A stretch of DNA of 64,000 nt from Octopus vulgaris (lineage: Eukaryota), in NCBI GenBank assembly GCA_951406725.2, contig OX597837.1, positions 20,336,001-20,400,000 on the forward strand, read 5' to 3'. This document shows, in pieces, positions 14,115-28,789 of this stretch. The translations under genes and the position numbers were made by a program. The notes beneath the pieces are model-generated. The model was not told where the DNA came from. It ran no database searches and saw only the letters and a program-made list of their open reading frames with translations. Each line of letters starts with the position of its first letter. Position 1 is the first letter of the stretch.

Positions 14115-14146
<32 letters not shown>

Positions 14147-14544
14147 ACTACAGTTGCCGTTATTAACCCCGTACAATGCGCTAGGTTAATAATGTTGTTT
14201 GTAGCAATATAATCTGTAGAAATATTTGAACCCGTGCGAAAGCTATTCACTGCAATTTGGTCATGGAGGGAAATTCTCAGAGTAGACAACATGATGTAAA
14301 CACGCCAGGGTCAGTTCAGAGTGTCCTCTTGTTGATCGAGTTCGAAGTTGCCTCGCTCTGGTATCTGGTGCTAATGAGAAGATAAATACTTCGAAATGCA
14401 CACATGTATCAATCCACTAGAGGACGCTCCGAACTGGCCATAGTGTTTACACTCTTATCTGAAGCGAGAATATTTCTTCATGAGAAACTGTAAGGAACAA
14501 CCTTCTTACGACTTCAAATATCTTTCAAGCATATTTGAAATGGT

Positions 14545-14892
14545 TTCAAATTTAAGCACAAGGCCAGCAATTTGGGAGGAGTAAGTTGATTACATCGATC
14601 CCCAGTGTTCAACTGATACGTATTTCATCGGTCCCTGAAGGATGAAAAGCAAAGTCGACCTGGGCGGAATTTGAACTCAGAACGTAAATATGGAGTAGCT
14701 GTGTTGTAAGTAGCTTGCTTACCAACCACATGGTTCCGGGTTCAGTCCCACTGCGTGGCACCTTCGGCAAGTGTCTTCTACTATAGCCTCGGGCTGACCA
14801 AAGTTTTGTGAGTGGATTTGGTAAACGGAAACTGAAAGAAGCCCGTCGTATATATGTATATATATATATATGTGTGTGTATGTGTGTGTTTG

Positions 14893-14949
<57 letters not shown>

Positions 14950-15162
14950 CTGTGTTTGCCCCCCAACATCGCTTGACAACCGATGCTGGTGTGTTTACGT
15001 CCCCGTCACTTAGCGGTTCGACAAAAGAGACCGATAGAATAAGTACTAGGCTTCTAAAGAATAAGTCTTGGGGTCGATTTGCTCGACTAAAGGCGGTGCT
15101 CCGGCATGGCCGCAGTCAAAAGCCTGAAACAAGTAAAAGAGTTTAAGAGTAAATGAGTAAAG
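14545..15162. mobile_element. Head-to-head SINE-B (-, 14545-14688) and SINE-A (+, 14692-15162)
   Basis: Family motifs as described above. Confidence 0.85.
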
Positions 15163-15169
15163 AGTACAC

Positions 15170-16090
15170 ATGTTTGAGTGATCCCAAGTGGGGAGGGGAC
15201 CTAGGGACCATTGGCGTTTTGTTCTGTTCTTGGGAGTTTTGAATGTCCTTGGGAGCTGTAACTTGCTGTTCTTGTTGGTGATCATGTGGCTCGTGAGCGC
15301 AGTATTTTCTTTGTTTTTGTTGATTTTGTTGTTGCTTCAACTGCCGGTACAGCTACAATAAAGGTTGTTGCCTTCAGGGCTGATTATTTCAGTGGTGCTG
15401 CTGTGACGGATTGTTGCCGGTGGCTCTGCTGCTGTTTTTGCTGGTGGTGGTTTGCGGCAGAAGCGGGCGTCTTCATTTTCTCCTCTTTCACTGTGGACAG
15501 AAATACTTAAGTTTGCGGAACCACACAATTAATTCCTTAGCTTTCTACTCTCAACAGCTAAGTAAAGATATGAGCCGTCGGTTAAATTGATCCGGGATTA
15601 ATTCTATACTTTCATGATCCGTTTGGATCATTAATTCCATTCCTTGATCCGATAAACTTTGTTTTCTACAGCAGAATGTTAGAGGATAGCCGCCACCAAC
15701 CAACAGATATTTACTTCTGGTGGCACGTCGACTAACTTTATCTTTATTACCCTATGGCCAAGGTAGACTTTTATGAGGACCAGTTTGTCACTCTTTAAGG
15801 TTGGTGTGAAGAGCTTCCTCACTTGATCCTCTGTCGGAAATCTCACTTCCTTGTTGCTGTTGTTATTGTTTCGGACAGCACTGGTGGTGATATTGGTGGT
15901 GCTTTGTCCTAACAGTGGGGAAGTAGCAAGAAAACCGGACTTTCAATCTTTTATTTAACTCCCTCAGACACCATGTTTCCTTTAACTTTTTTAAGAAATA
16001 GGTACTTTTCAAAAAGTAATCCCGTGTTCCGCTTCAAAGGACGAAACTACAATGACTCTAAACACCTCTTCAGAACCTTGGCGACGAAGC
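15170..16090 (-). mobile_element. Possible decayed ORF1/gag-like region of a non-LTR element
   Basis: Minus-strand peptide EVRFPTEDQVRKLFTPTLKSDKLVLIKVYLGHRVIKIKLVDVPPEVNICWLVAAIL, followed by a Q/T/P-rich low-complexity stretch; it is broken by stops. There is a weak resemblance to minus-strand 2400-2520. Confidence 0.3.
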
Positions 16091-16255
16091 AAAAGCCTTC
16101 AATGTAAATCTTTGAAAGAGAGTTAAAATAGAACAAAACTTAGAAGTGACTCGAAGCACAGTGTCGCTGATTGCAACACCACCACCACCACCACCGCAAG
16201 AACAACAATAATGATAGTAGACACTAAACTGAATAACAACAATGACGACGATGAC

Positions 16256-16402
16256 GAAGAAGACGAAGAAGAAGAAGAAGAAGAAGAAGAAGAAGAAGAA
16301 GAAGAAGAAGAAGAAGAAGAAGAAGAAGAAGAAGAAGAAGAAGAAGAAGAAGAAGAAGAAGAAGAAGAAGAAGAAGAAGAAGAAGAAGAAGAAGAAGAAG
16401 AA
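16256..16402. repeat. (GAA)n microsatellite
   Basis: About 48 GAA units. Confidence 0.98.
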
Positions 16403-17004
16403 GGTAATAAAAAGACTATAATTGAGTTAAAGAGATTCAAATAAAAAAAGAATAACAGACAGTAAAGAAACGAACCAAAATATCCAACAGCCTGTGTGAA
16501 AGAAGTACATCGGTGTGTTGAGATATCAATGTGATATTAGTAACTATTTTATATTCACCGAGAGAGAGATATTGTTAAGAGATGAATACATCATAGAAAC
16601 TAGTGACCATGTTTACCTTTTTACGCCACGCAACATCTCACTGACCTACAGACATCTTAACACATTTCTCGGTGAAAATATACACATAGGTATGTGTGTG
16701 TATGTGTCTGTATGTGTGTATGTGTGTGTGTATGTGTGTGTGTATGGATGTATGCATATGTGTGTGTATATATAAGTATACAGATATAAGTATATATATA
16801 TACATATACCTGTTCGTGTATATATATATATATACATGTTCATATATATAAATGTGTGTGTGTGTATATATACATGTGTGTGTATATATACACATGTTTG
16901 TGCATTATATGTATATAAGTATACAGATATATGCATATACATATATACATATATATACAAATATATATATGTTTATGTATATAAATGTATGTGTATATAT
17001 ATAC

Positions 17005-17037
<33 letters not shown>

Positions 17038-17042
17038 TATTT

Positions 17043-17151
<109 letters not shown>

Positions 17152-17714
17152 TGTGTTTGTGTGTGTATGTATGCATGTATATATACATGAGTGAGTGAAC
17201 GAACAAACGAATGTAGCACTCGACCCGTACGGTTGGAGTTGTAATTATTGAGTAACATGTTGACTTAGCTCTTCGTGTTACTCAAAGTTTCATGGACGTG
17301 AAAACACAACCAACCGAATGTCCGAGGAAGCTGTCGTATTTTGGCGCGTCCAACACGCAAACAGAGACATGTGTGTATGTGTGTATGTGTGCGTGTGTGT
17401 TCGTGTGCGTGTGTGTTCGTGTTGGTGTTTTCGTGTCCATGTGTGTGTGTATGTCTGTGTTCGTTTGAGAGAGTGGGCATTGCGTCTGTATTTCTGTCTT
17501 CTTTTCGAAGCTGTTTTCAATTCTGTGAAGTCAAAAGAAATTTATGTTGTTTTAGAAAACACCGAAATTTTAAGCAAAACGATATCAAACGTAATGCGTT
17601 TGTTTGTTTTTTGCTGATAAGGACTTTACAACAAGGATACAAGAATCTGAAAAGACAGCCAAGGACATCTAGGGAAGATTCTAAAACAGAGTTCTTTCAA
17701 AGAATGCTCTTTGA

Positions 17715-18550
17715 TATTTTGCCGAACTTTTAGCACGCTACTTTGTATCTAACTCTTATTCCATGACAAGGTTTCGATATTCTAGCAACCATTTAACACT
17801 CAAATTAACACTACACATAGCTTTGACAATCTTCCAAAGGTTTTAAAGCTCTACTGGTTTTGTAACTCTCAACTAAAGTTTTCATTGTCTACCAAAATTT
17901 CAACATTATGCCAAGGTTTTAACAGTTTGCCAAGTTTTCGGTATTGCGCCAAACGTTTGACATTCTTCAAACGTTTTGACATACTACTTGGCATGTGTCA
18001 TTCTGTTGTTCCTTTATCACGCTACCAAGCTTTTGACATACTCCCAAGCTTTTGACTCTACTAAGCGTTTGACAATCAGCCAATTTTTTGACACACTGAC
18101 GATGTTTGACATATAGCTTTCTTTGCACCAAGTCTATTTAACAATTTTAACAATTTAGCCAACTTTTAAAATTATGCAAAGCCTTTAAAACTCTACAAGG
18201 ATTTCGAAATTTTACCAAACTTTTGACAATCAGGCATTTATACTTTCCAAATGTTTGATATTCTGTCAAAGCTTAAATATTCTGTCTGGATTTTAACATT
18301 CTGTCAATCTTTTAACAAGGAATTTTGCACTCTACCAAGCTTATTCAGTCAGCTTTAAAAGTTCTACAACTAATTTTCTTTGAGCTTTAAACGTTCTCTC
18401 ATTCTTGTTAGCATTCTGTCAAACTCTAACATTAATGGTTTAGATATTTTGCCAAGCTTTTGACACTCCACTTAGTTTTAAGATGTTGATATTCTACCGA
18501 TGTTTCCACACACTAACAAGTTCTTTGACACTGTCATAATCTTGTAACAC
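17715..18550. repeat. Degenerate ~19-20 bp minisatellite array (consensus close to CCAAGCTTTTGACATTCTA)
   Basis: Recurring units such as CCAAGGTTTTAACAGTTTG, CCAAACGTTTGACATTCTT, CCAAGCTTTTGACATACTC and CCAAACTTTTGACAATCAG over about 830 bp. Confidence 0.75.
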
Positions 18551-18832
18551 ACGACGACTCTTAGGACAGGTTATAAACTTATTTCAAATCGAAATTTTTA
18601 AGAAGTAAAACACAAATAAATTCCTAATGCTTTATAGAAATATGGGAATCACTACTTCATAGTCTTCAGCATGAAGACCCTGTCAGACATGACAGTGTCG
18701 GAAAAGGCAACCCAAAATAGAAGCACTCAACGAATTTAGTTATTATTTAAAACAATTTGATTCGGCTCCATCTGACTTAAAGTTTCGTAGGTTCGTTAGA
18801 GCAACATAGCGCGTCCATCTTAGGTGGCCGAA

Positions 18833-18874
<42 letters not shown>

Positions 18875-18892
18875 CATACATACAGATGTGTG

Positions 18893-18982
<90 letters not shown>

Positions 18983-19026
18983 TATTTAAAAAAGGAGATG
19001 TGGAACACGAGTTGTGATATATAAAA

Positions 19027-19291
19027 AAAGGAAATGAAGAAAATGCTGACAAAATAATTTAAGTAAGGGAGAGTGTATTTAATTAGGTGAAAGTTCTTTT
19101 TACCGGTTGCGCATTTGTTATGCTTATCAAAAGATATTTTTTAAGAGAGATAGAGTTCCTTTCTGATAGATTTTTTTCTCTTATCAGATATTTGATAAGC
19201 ATAACAAATGCGCAACCGGTAAAAAGAACTTTCACCTAATTAAATACACTCTCCCTTACTTAAATTATTTTGTCAGCATTTTCTTCATTTC

Positions 19292-19295
<4 letters not shown>
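19027..19295. repeat. Perfect ~105-bp inverted repeat (fold-back) between (TA)n tracts, with an HHR-like motif in each arm
   Basis: 19027-19131 is the reverse complement of 19191-19295. The arm carries TTGATAA-GCAT-AACAA-ATGC-GCAA-CCGG-TA. A single-arm copy lies at 51426-51552. Confidence 0.9.
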
Positions 19296-19370
<75 letters not shown>

Positions 19371-19451
19371 GTATGTATATACGTATATATATATACATAT
19401 ATATATGTATATACATATATATATATATATACATATGTATATATATATATG

Positions 19452-19500
<49 letters not shown>

Positions 19501-19701
19501 TTGTGTGTGTGTAGAGAGAGAGACATACATACATGCACACGCACACACGCACATACATATATATATGTAATATTTTATTCTTTTACTAATTTCAGTCATC
19601 TGACTGCGGCCATGCCGAGGCACAGCCTTGAAGGGTTTTTAATCAAACAAATCAGCCCCCGGACTTATTTTTGTAAGTCCTAGTACTAATTATATATATA
19701 T

Positions 19702-19846
19702 AGGCGCAGGTGTGGCTGTGTGGTAAGAAGCTTGCTTCCTAACCACGTGGTTCCGGGTTCAGAATAGATTTGGTAGACGGAAGCTTGAAGAAGCCTGTCG
19801 TATATGCATATGTGTGTGTATATTTGTGTGTGTGTATGTGTGTGTG

Positions 19847-19877
<31 letters not shown>

Positions 19878-20060
19878 CTGTGTGTGTGTGTCTGTGTTTA
19901 CGTCCCCGTAACTTAGCAGTTCGGCAAAGACGCCGATAGAATAAGTACTAGGATTACAAAAAATAAATCATGGTGTTGATTTCCTCGACTAACATCCTTT
20001 AAAGCGATGCTTCAGCATGGCCGCAGTCAAATGTTTGAAACAAGTAAAAGAATAAAAGAA
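19702..20060 (+). mobile_element. SINE family A
   Basis: Head and tail motifs; preceded by an inverted tail fragment at 19570-19690. Confidence 0.85.
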
Positions 20061-20061
20061 T

Positions 20062-22651
<2,590 letters not shown>

Positions 22652-22705
22652 TATATATATATATATTATATTATATTATATTATATTATATTATATTATA
22701 TTATA

Positions 22706-22865
22706 TTTCGTCTGCCGCTACGTTCTGAGTTCAAATTCCGCTGAGGTCGACTCTGTCTGTCATCCTTTCGGGGTCAATGAAATAAGTACTCGTTACGCTC
22801 TGGGGTCGATGTAATCGACTTAACCTCCTCCCCCACGCTGCCCTTCTGGAAAAAATTTGGAATCG
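22706..22865 (+). mobile_element. SINE family B fragment within (TATAT)n
   Basis: TTTCGTCTGCCGCTACGTTCTGAGTTCAAATTCC...CATCCTTTCGGGGTC. Confidence 0.8.
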
Positions 22866-23559
22866 TTATATTATATTATATTATATTATATTATAAACTG
22901 ATTCGCCAGAAGCGATAGATTACAGACGTCAATACAAATGTAGGTTATTCTTTGAAGCATTGTAGCTGAAAGCCTCCAATTCCCAATAGCCAAAATTACT
23001 CATTTCCAATCATCAGATTGTACACTGAGCCTGCCTACTTTTGAAATATTCATTGTTTGAATAAGTTTTTCAAATATGAAATAAAAGTTTGAAGAAAAAT
23101 CTTATCGTTTGTGTTCTCTTGCTTAAGCCACCCGTGCAAAAACGGAGCTCCATGTTCATGCTTGTGATTTCATTTCAGATTCCCGTAATACTTTTTATTA
23201 ATATTAAAAAAAAAAAAACAATGAGTGTGTATGTGCGTGTGCATTTTGCATGTGCCTGTGCAGGCGCATACATAAACACATGTGCACACCCGTGCACACA
23301 TATATACACAGAATTATATAAGCATGCATACATATACACATACGCATATATACACATATGCACATATTGACAGACATATTAAAACATTTATCAATAAAAC
23401 ATATTTTTAAACGTTTCGAAACAAAAGTTGATTCTGAAACAAAACGAAATTCAAGAACGCTTGTATTTACATAAAAGATATTTGGCGCTAAAAGCTCAGT
23501 TCTTTTGTTTAAACTGTAACTGCCTTGAGTCAAAATGCTCAATTTTTGCTCAAACAAAT

Positions 23560-24632
23560 GTCACATCGCGTCTTTGATTTGAAGCTCCCGGTCCTGTATG
23601 GTTGCATCTTATGTAGAATAGAATGGTTAATTTTGAATCCTTGAAGATTCATCTCACACAAGAACCATATAAACTTCGACAAAGCCGTAACACATTTTCT
23701 AGCGAGGCACACAAAATAATGGTTGTGCTTGTAATAACTGTTTTTGAATGTGAGTTCAGTTAATCCAATATATGCTTTAGGTTCATCTCTGCTGTTTGAT
23801 GCTACATTGGCATTGTATACTATCGGCTTTTCCAGACAGTTACCGTCTAATGGGCAGTTCTCACAAATTCTAAAGTTGCATAATCTTCGTTGGCTAACTG
23901 TTTACATCTCCCTTCTATTCAGCTTCGCTGCATTGTAGCCTCTGATATAACACCCAAAATTCTAACATGCTGAATAACCAACCTTAACACAGTTCCTTTT
24001 CAATATCTGGCAGAAAATGGTGATCTACTAAATTAAGGAAATTCTCTAGCTATATTAGTTTTTCCTCTTAGCTTAAGTACTGGGTTATACCATAAAATGT
24101 TCCTTTTCTTATTCCCGTTCTCACGCTGTGTATTCCCAGTGATTTTCGTGTATCTAATTTTATCGAAGAACCCATCATTTCTTAGCGCCTCATTGTAATA
24201 TCCAGTTGTACCCATAAAAACATCATTACTAGAAGATATCGAGGATACCCATTTACTAATATAACCAACCAAGATCTTCAATATACAAGGTCAGTTATCC
24301 AGTTGTTAATGTGTATATACTAACGTCTCGTTTGGTTTGAGATATGGCCTGAAACTATCATTATCCAGTCTTAACGTTACATCAAGAAAATTAACGATGA
24401 TACATACAGTCCTATTTCCTGAAATGCCTTTATCAAATTTTTCCTAAATCTAACTTATGACGTTACAGTTCCTCGATAGTATGAGATCATCATCATGATA
24501 TATGCGTCGATCCATTTCAGGAAATTTTTTTCTCAGTAAATGTAGAATAAAGATCCCTTTAATTTCACTCACCTGAGCTCCGTTATATGCCCCCATGGAT
24601 ACGATGAAAAATTTCTTCCTGCTTTTCTTAAC
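23560..24632 (-). pseudogene. Decayed Penelope-like element (RT C-terminal half plus GIY-YIG)
   Basis: Minus strand gives MGAYNGAQVSE, IYHDDDL, IVNFLDVTLRL, GYYNEALRNDGF, KRNILWYNP..KTNIAREF and IVYNANV..KAYIGLTELTFK. It is truncated by the SINE-A copy at 24636. Confidence 0.8.
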
Positions 24633-24635
24633 CCA

Positions 24636-24855
24636 TACTCTTTACTCTTTTACTTGTTTCAGTCATTTGACTGCAGCCATGCTGGAGTACCGCCTTTAAT
24701 CGAGTAACTCGACCCCGGGACTTATTCTTTTGTAAGCCCAGTACTTATTCTATCGGTCTATTTTGCCTAACCGCTAAGTAAAGGGGACATAAACACACCA
24801 GCATCGGTTGTCAAGCAATGCTAGGGGAACAAACACAGACACACAAATACACACA

Positions 24856-24894
<39 letters not shown>

Positions 24895-25065
24895 GACGGG
24901 TTTCTTTCAGTTTCCGTCTACCAAATCCACTCGCAAGGCTTTGGTCGGCCTGAGGCTATAGTAGAAGACACAGAAGACACTTGCACAAGGTGTCACGCAG
25001 TGGGACTGAACCCGGAACCATGTGGTTGGTAAACAAGCTACTTACCACACAGCCACTCCTGCGCC
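24636..25065 (-). mobile_element. SINE family A, full length
   Basis: Near-identical to 10098-10493 and 43997-44420. Confidence 0.9.
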
Positions 25066-25377
25066 CATGTGTTGTTATCGAAAAACAAGCAAGATTTCCT
25101 AGAGAGCATAATCACATCAATGTCCGACTCACTAGTATCTGCAATTGTTTTTTGCAAAATCTAGGGCTTTCATTAACAGAGTTTCGGATATAGAGGGATT
25201 AGAGCCAGCAATGTCAAACTGCATGACTCTACAGTCCTCCTTCTCTTTTATCCCCTTAAACCATTCCAGTACTTTTACTCTGAAAATGTTTGGAGTTTTT
25301 TTTTGTTTTGCTTTGTTTTATCATTTTTTTATTAGTACCACTAACTCTGGTTTTGATTGGTTCAACAATTTACGCTT

Positions 25378-25662
25378 AGGATGAAAGGCAAAGTCGACCT
25401 CGGCGGAAGTTGAACTCAGAACGTAGCGGCAGACGAAATACCTATTTCTTTACTGCCTACAAAGGGCTAAACGCAGAGAGGACAAACAAGGACAAACAAA
25501 CGGATTAAGTCGATTATATCGACCCCAGTGCGTAACTGGTACTTATTTAATCGACCCCGAAAGGATGAAAGGCAAAGTCGAACTTGGTGGAATTTGAACT
25601 CAGAACGTAACGGCAGACGAAGTACGGCTACGCACTTCGCCCGGCGTGCTAACGATTCTGCC
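25378..25662 (-). mobile_element. SINE family B, dimeric form
   Basis: A monomer followed by the junction AAAGAAATAGGTATTTCGTCTGCC and a second partial monomer. Confidence 0.85.
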
Positions 25663-26234
25663 AAAAATAGAAATCAATATTATAAACGTTTTAATCTTCA
25701 TACGAGTGAAGCCATGAAATTGCGTTGAATATATGCAGTTTATACAGTTAATATGTTTTATTAATATATACCGAGAGAAAAAGAGACAAGGAGGAGAGGG
25801 TGAGGGAGAGGGTGGGGGAGAGAGAGAGAGAAGGGAGAGATGGCCAGACAGAGCATGAAAGTGAAAGTAGTATCTTTGTTTTTTTAACTTTTTTATAGTA
25901 GTCTCCCGAATCCGAGGATGACCTTTCCGGCAACATTTTGCAGCACAGCTCCCTCAGATGATTTGTTTATTGTGATCAAATGCTTATACTGTCCATTAGC
26001 TCTAGTTGTTTGTACAAGTGTTCGACGTGTTACACGTCTGGTGTCGAAGTGATCGCCGCAACGAGTCGCTGTCAGGGAATCGAAACCACGGCCTTGCTAT
26101 CAAGAGTGCAACGGCCTAACCTCTCAGGCCACGCGCTTTCACAACCAAAATTAAATGTTTTTTTAACTAAGAATACATCGAACAGCTCACGCGCGGGCGC
26201 GCTCATATTTGTGTGTGTGTGTGTGTGTGTATGT

Positions 26235-26282
<48 letters not shown>

Positions 26283-26798
26283 ATGCCCAGCGGTTCTCCG
26301 ATCAACCGAATTACTTATTCATTGAATAAACTGTAGATGGCTGAGTATTCCGCAGACACGTGTATCCTTGACCTAAATCCTAAGTAGAATCAGGGTCACA
26401 GTGTGTGACCAGGCTGTGCCTTGAATTACAGGTGCAGTCCACCCGACGGGCTTCTGTACGACCCTTTACCCATTTTCACTCGCTAGGTGTATGGGTTGAC
26501 CTGTGACCATAGAAAGTAATACTTGCTCATCACACACACACACACACACACACACATGCACATACACACACACACAGAAGCACATACATACATACATACA
26601 TACACACATAGATACATACATACAATGATATAGATACAGGCGTGGTTGTATTGCAGGAAGTTTACTTTTCGACCACTTGGTACCGGGTTCAACCCCAGCG
26701 CGTTGCAACTTAAACAAGTGTCTTCTGCTATAGCCTTGGCCGACCAAAGCTTGTGAATAGATTTGGTAGACGGAAAGAATCTCGTCTTGTACGTGCAT

Positions 26799-26861
<63 letters not shown>

Positions 26862-27228
26862 CGAGGGCGAATATAAAGGCGATTACCCTCTGCTTTCTTT
26901 CGAGTGTCTTTGGAAGACGGCAGAGTGTCTGCAATGGACGCACGATTCCCCTCCCCCGGGGAATTGAGACCATACAGAGCCGAAGAAAACACCACAGAAG
27001 AATTTCAGCCAATTTCCTAAAAACTCTATAAAAGTTATTCTTGTGACATTTTCTTACGGTTCTGGTTGTCGTTACTGATGTGGATTCTACACTGTTGTTG
27101 TTGTTGTTGCTGCTAGTGCTGCTGCTGCTGCTGTTATTGTTGTTGCTGTTGTTACTGCTTCTCCTGTTGCTATCACCGTTGCTAGCGCTGTTCTTGATGC
27201 TTTTAGTGTTAGTATTCTTGTCGTTGAT

Positions 27229-27270
<42 letters not shown>

Positions 27271-27324
27271 ATGGTTTTAGTAGTAGTAGTAGTAGTAGTA
27301 GTAGTTTTAGTAGTAGTGGTTTTG

Positions 27325-27373
<49 letters not shown>

Positions 27374-27858
27374 TTGTTGTTGTTACGTCTATTGTTGTTG
27401 TTTAGACAAAATATATCCAGTCTACTCCATTACACTCTATCTAAAGGCGGTATTTATTGCACTAATAATGTACTCCTACACACAGATTAGGTAAAGTTTA
27501 CCTTTGGGATTTTTTACTCAGCTACTGATGACGTTTTTCTTGTGTTGCAGTTTGTGTTTTTTACTATGTTTGTTGTTTATATGTTTTCTATGTCTTATTT
27601 GCTTTCTTTTTTCTTTTTATTTTATATTTATAAAAATACGAGGAAAAACTGTTTTACTTCGGTGAATAATATTTTGGGAGTATTTTTTTTTTATGTAAAA
27701 TATTTTATATGCCTATATACATATACAAACATGTATATACATACATAATACATACATACATACAAACATACATGTGTGTGCATGCGCGTGTGTGTGTGTG
27801 TACATGTCATATTGATCGATTAAATATGTTTTGTAGGCATGCTGTGCGTGTATCTGTA

Positions 27859-27915
<57 letters not shown>

Positions 27916-28789
27916 ATTGTTTTACGTATGTATGCATCCTGTTTTATATAAATATACATATGTGTGTGTGTGTGTGTGCGTGTGCATAGATGTATGTATA
28001 TATACATATGCCCTGTCACACGCACATATAGACTGGTCGACTACCATGTCATTCTGCAGCTATATACAGACATATATACTTTCACAACACATACATGTAT
28101 ACATACATACAAGACAAGCAATTTAAAACAAGCTTTAGAAAATGTGCCTCCTAAATCAAAAGGCGATAAACTATCTAAAGTCTGTTGAATCGGAACCCAT
28201 ATACGAAACTATAAATCTCACGATAAATGTGTCAGCAATAACAATGTGCAGCTGGAACTGCGCAGCAGAGGTTAACATCCGAAACCGGTATGGGCTGACC
28301 AAGTGCAAAATAAAATTCTGTTTCTTCGAAGGGATTATCTTGCAGATTTTTTTTCTTTTTTAGTCATTTCCTTTGATTTCTAGAAAGAAATCAAAGGAAA
28401 TTATTACTATTCCCTTCAAACTTTGCTTTTGTAACTTGTACATTAATGTCTTGAAACTTGACTTATTTTCCATTACATTCCAGGCAGATTCAGCGCTGAG
28501 TTGCTGAAGCAGAAATATCGTTATAGCAAATGTTCTACTCAAAACCACAGATTTACTTGTTAGTTGCTTGACCTTAACCACATGAGCATGTCCCTTAGTG
28601 GCTGACAATACGTGCATCTATGACCATAAGCAAGAATAATGGAGGGGAGCATCATGGCCATGTGTTGAGAGGGATTCTTTGGGGTTTGAATAAATGGAAG
28701 AAGAGCAAAGTTTGAAGGCACTATTAGCCATTTTTCATGCTTTCTAGGGATAAGCAAATAGGAAATAACAGTTACTGCCTAAGGAAAAA

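Noticed and set aside
17715-18550. CRISPR array
   Set aside because: The units are contiguous and degenerate with no unique spacers, there are no cas genes and the context is eukaryotic.
26865-27030. TATAAA-containing unique segment as a core promoter
   Set aside because: A single hexamer in AT-rich DNA with no supporting downstream gene.
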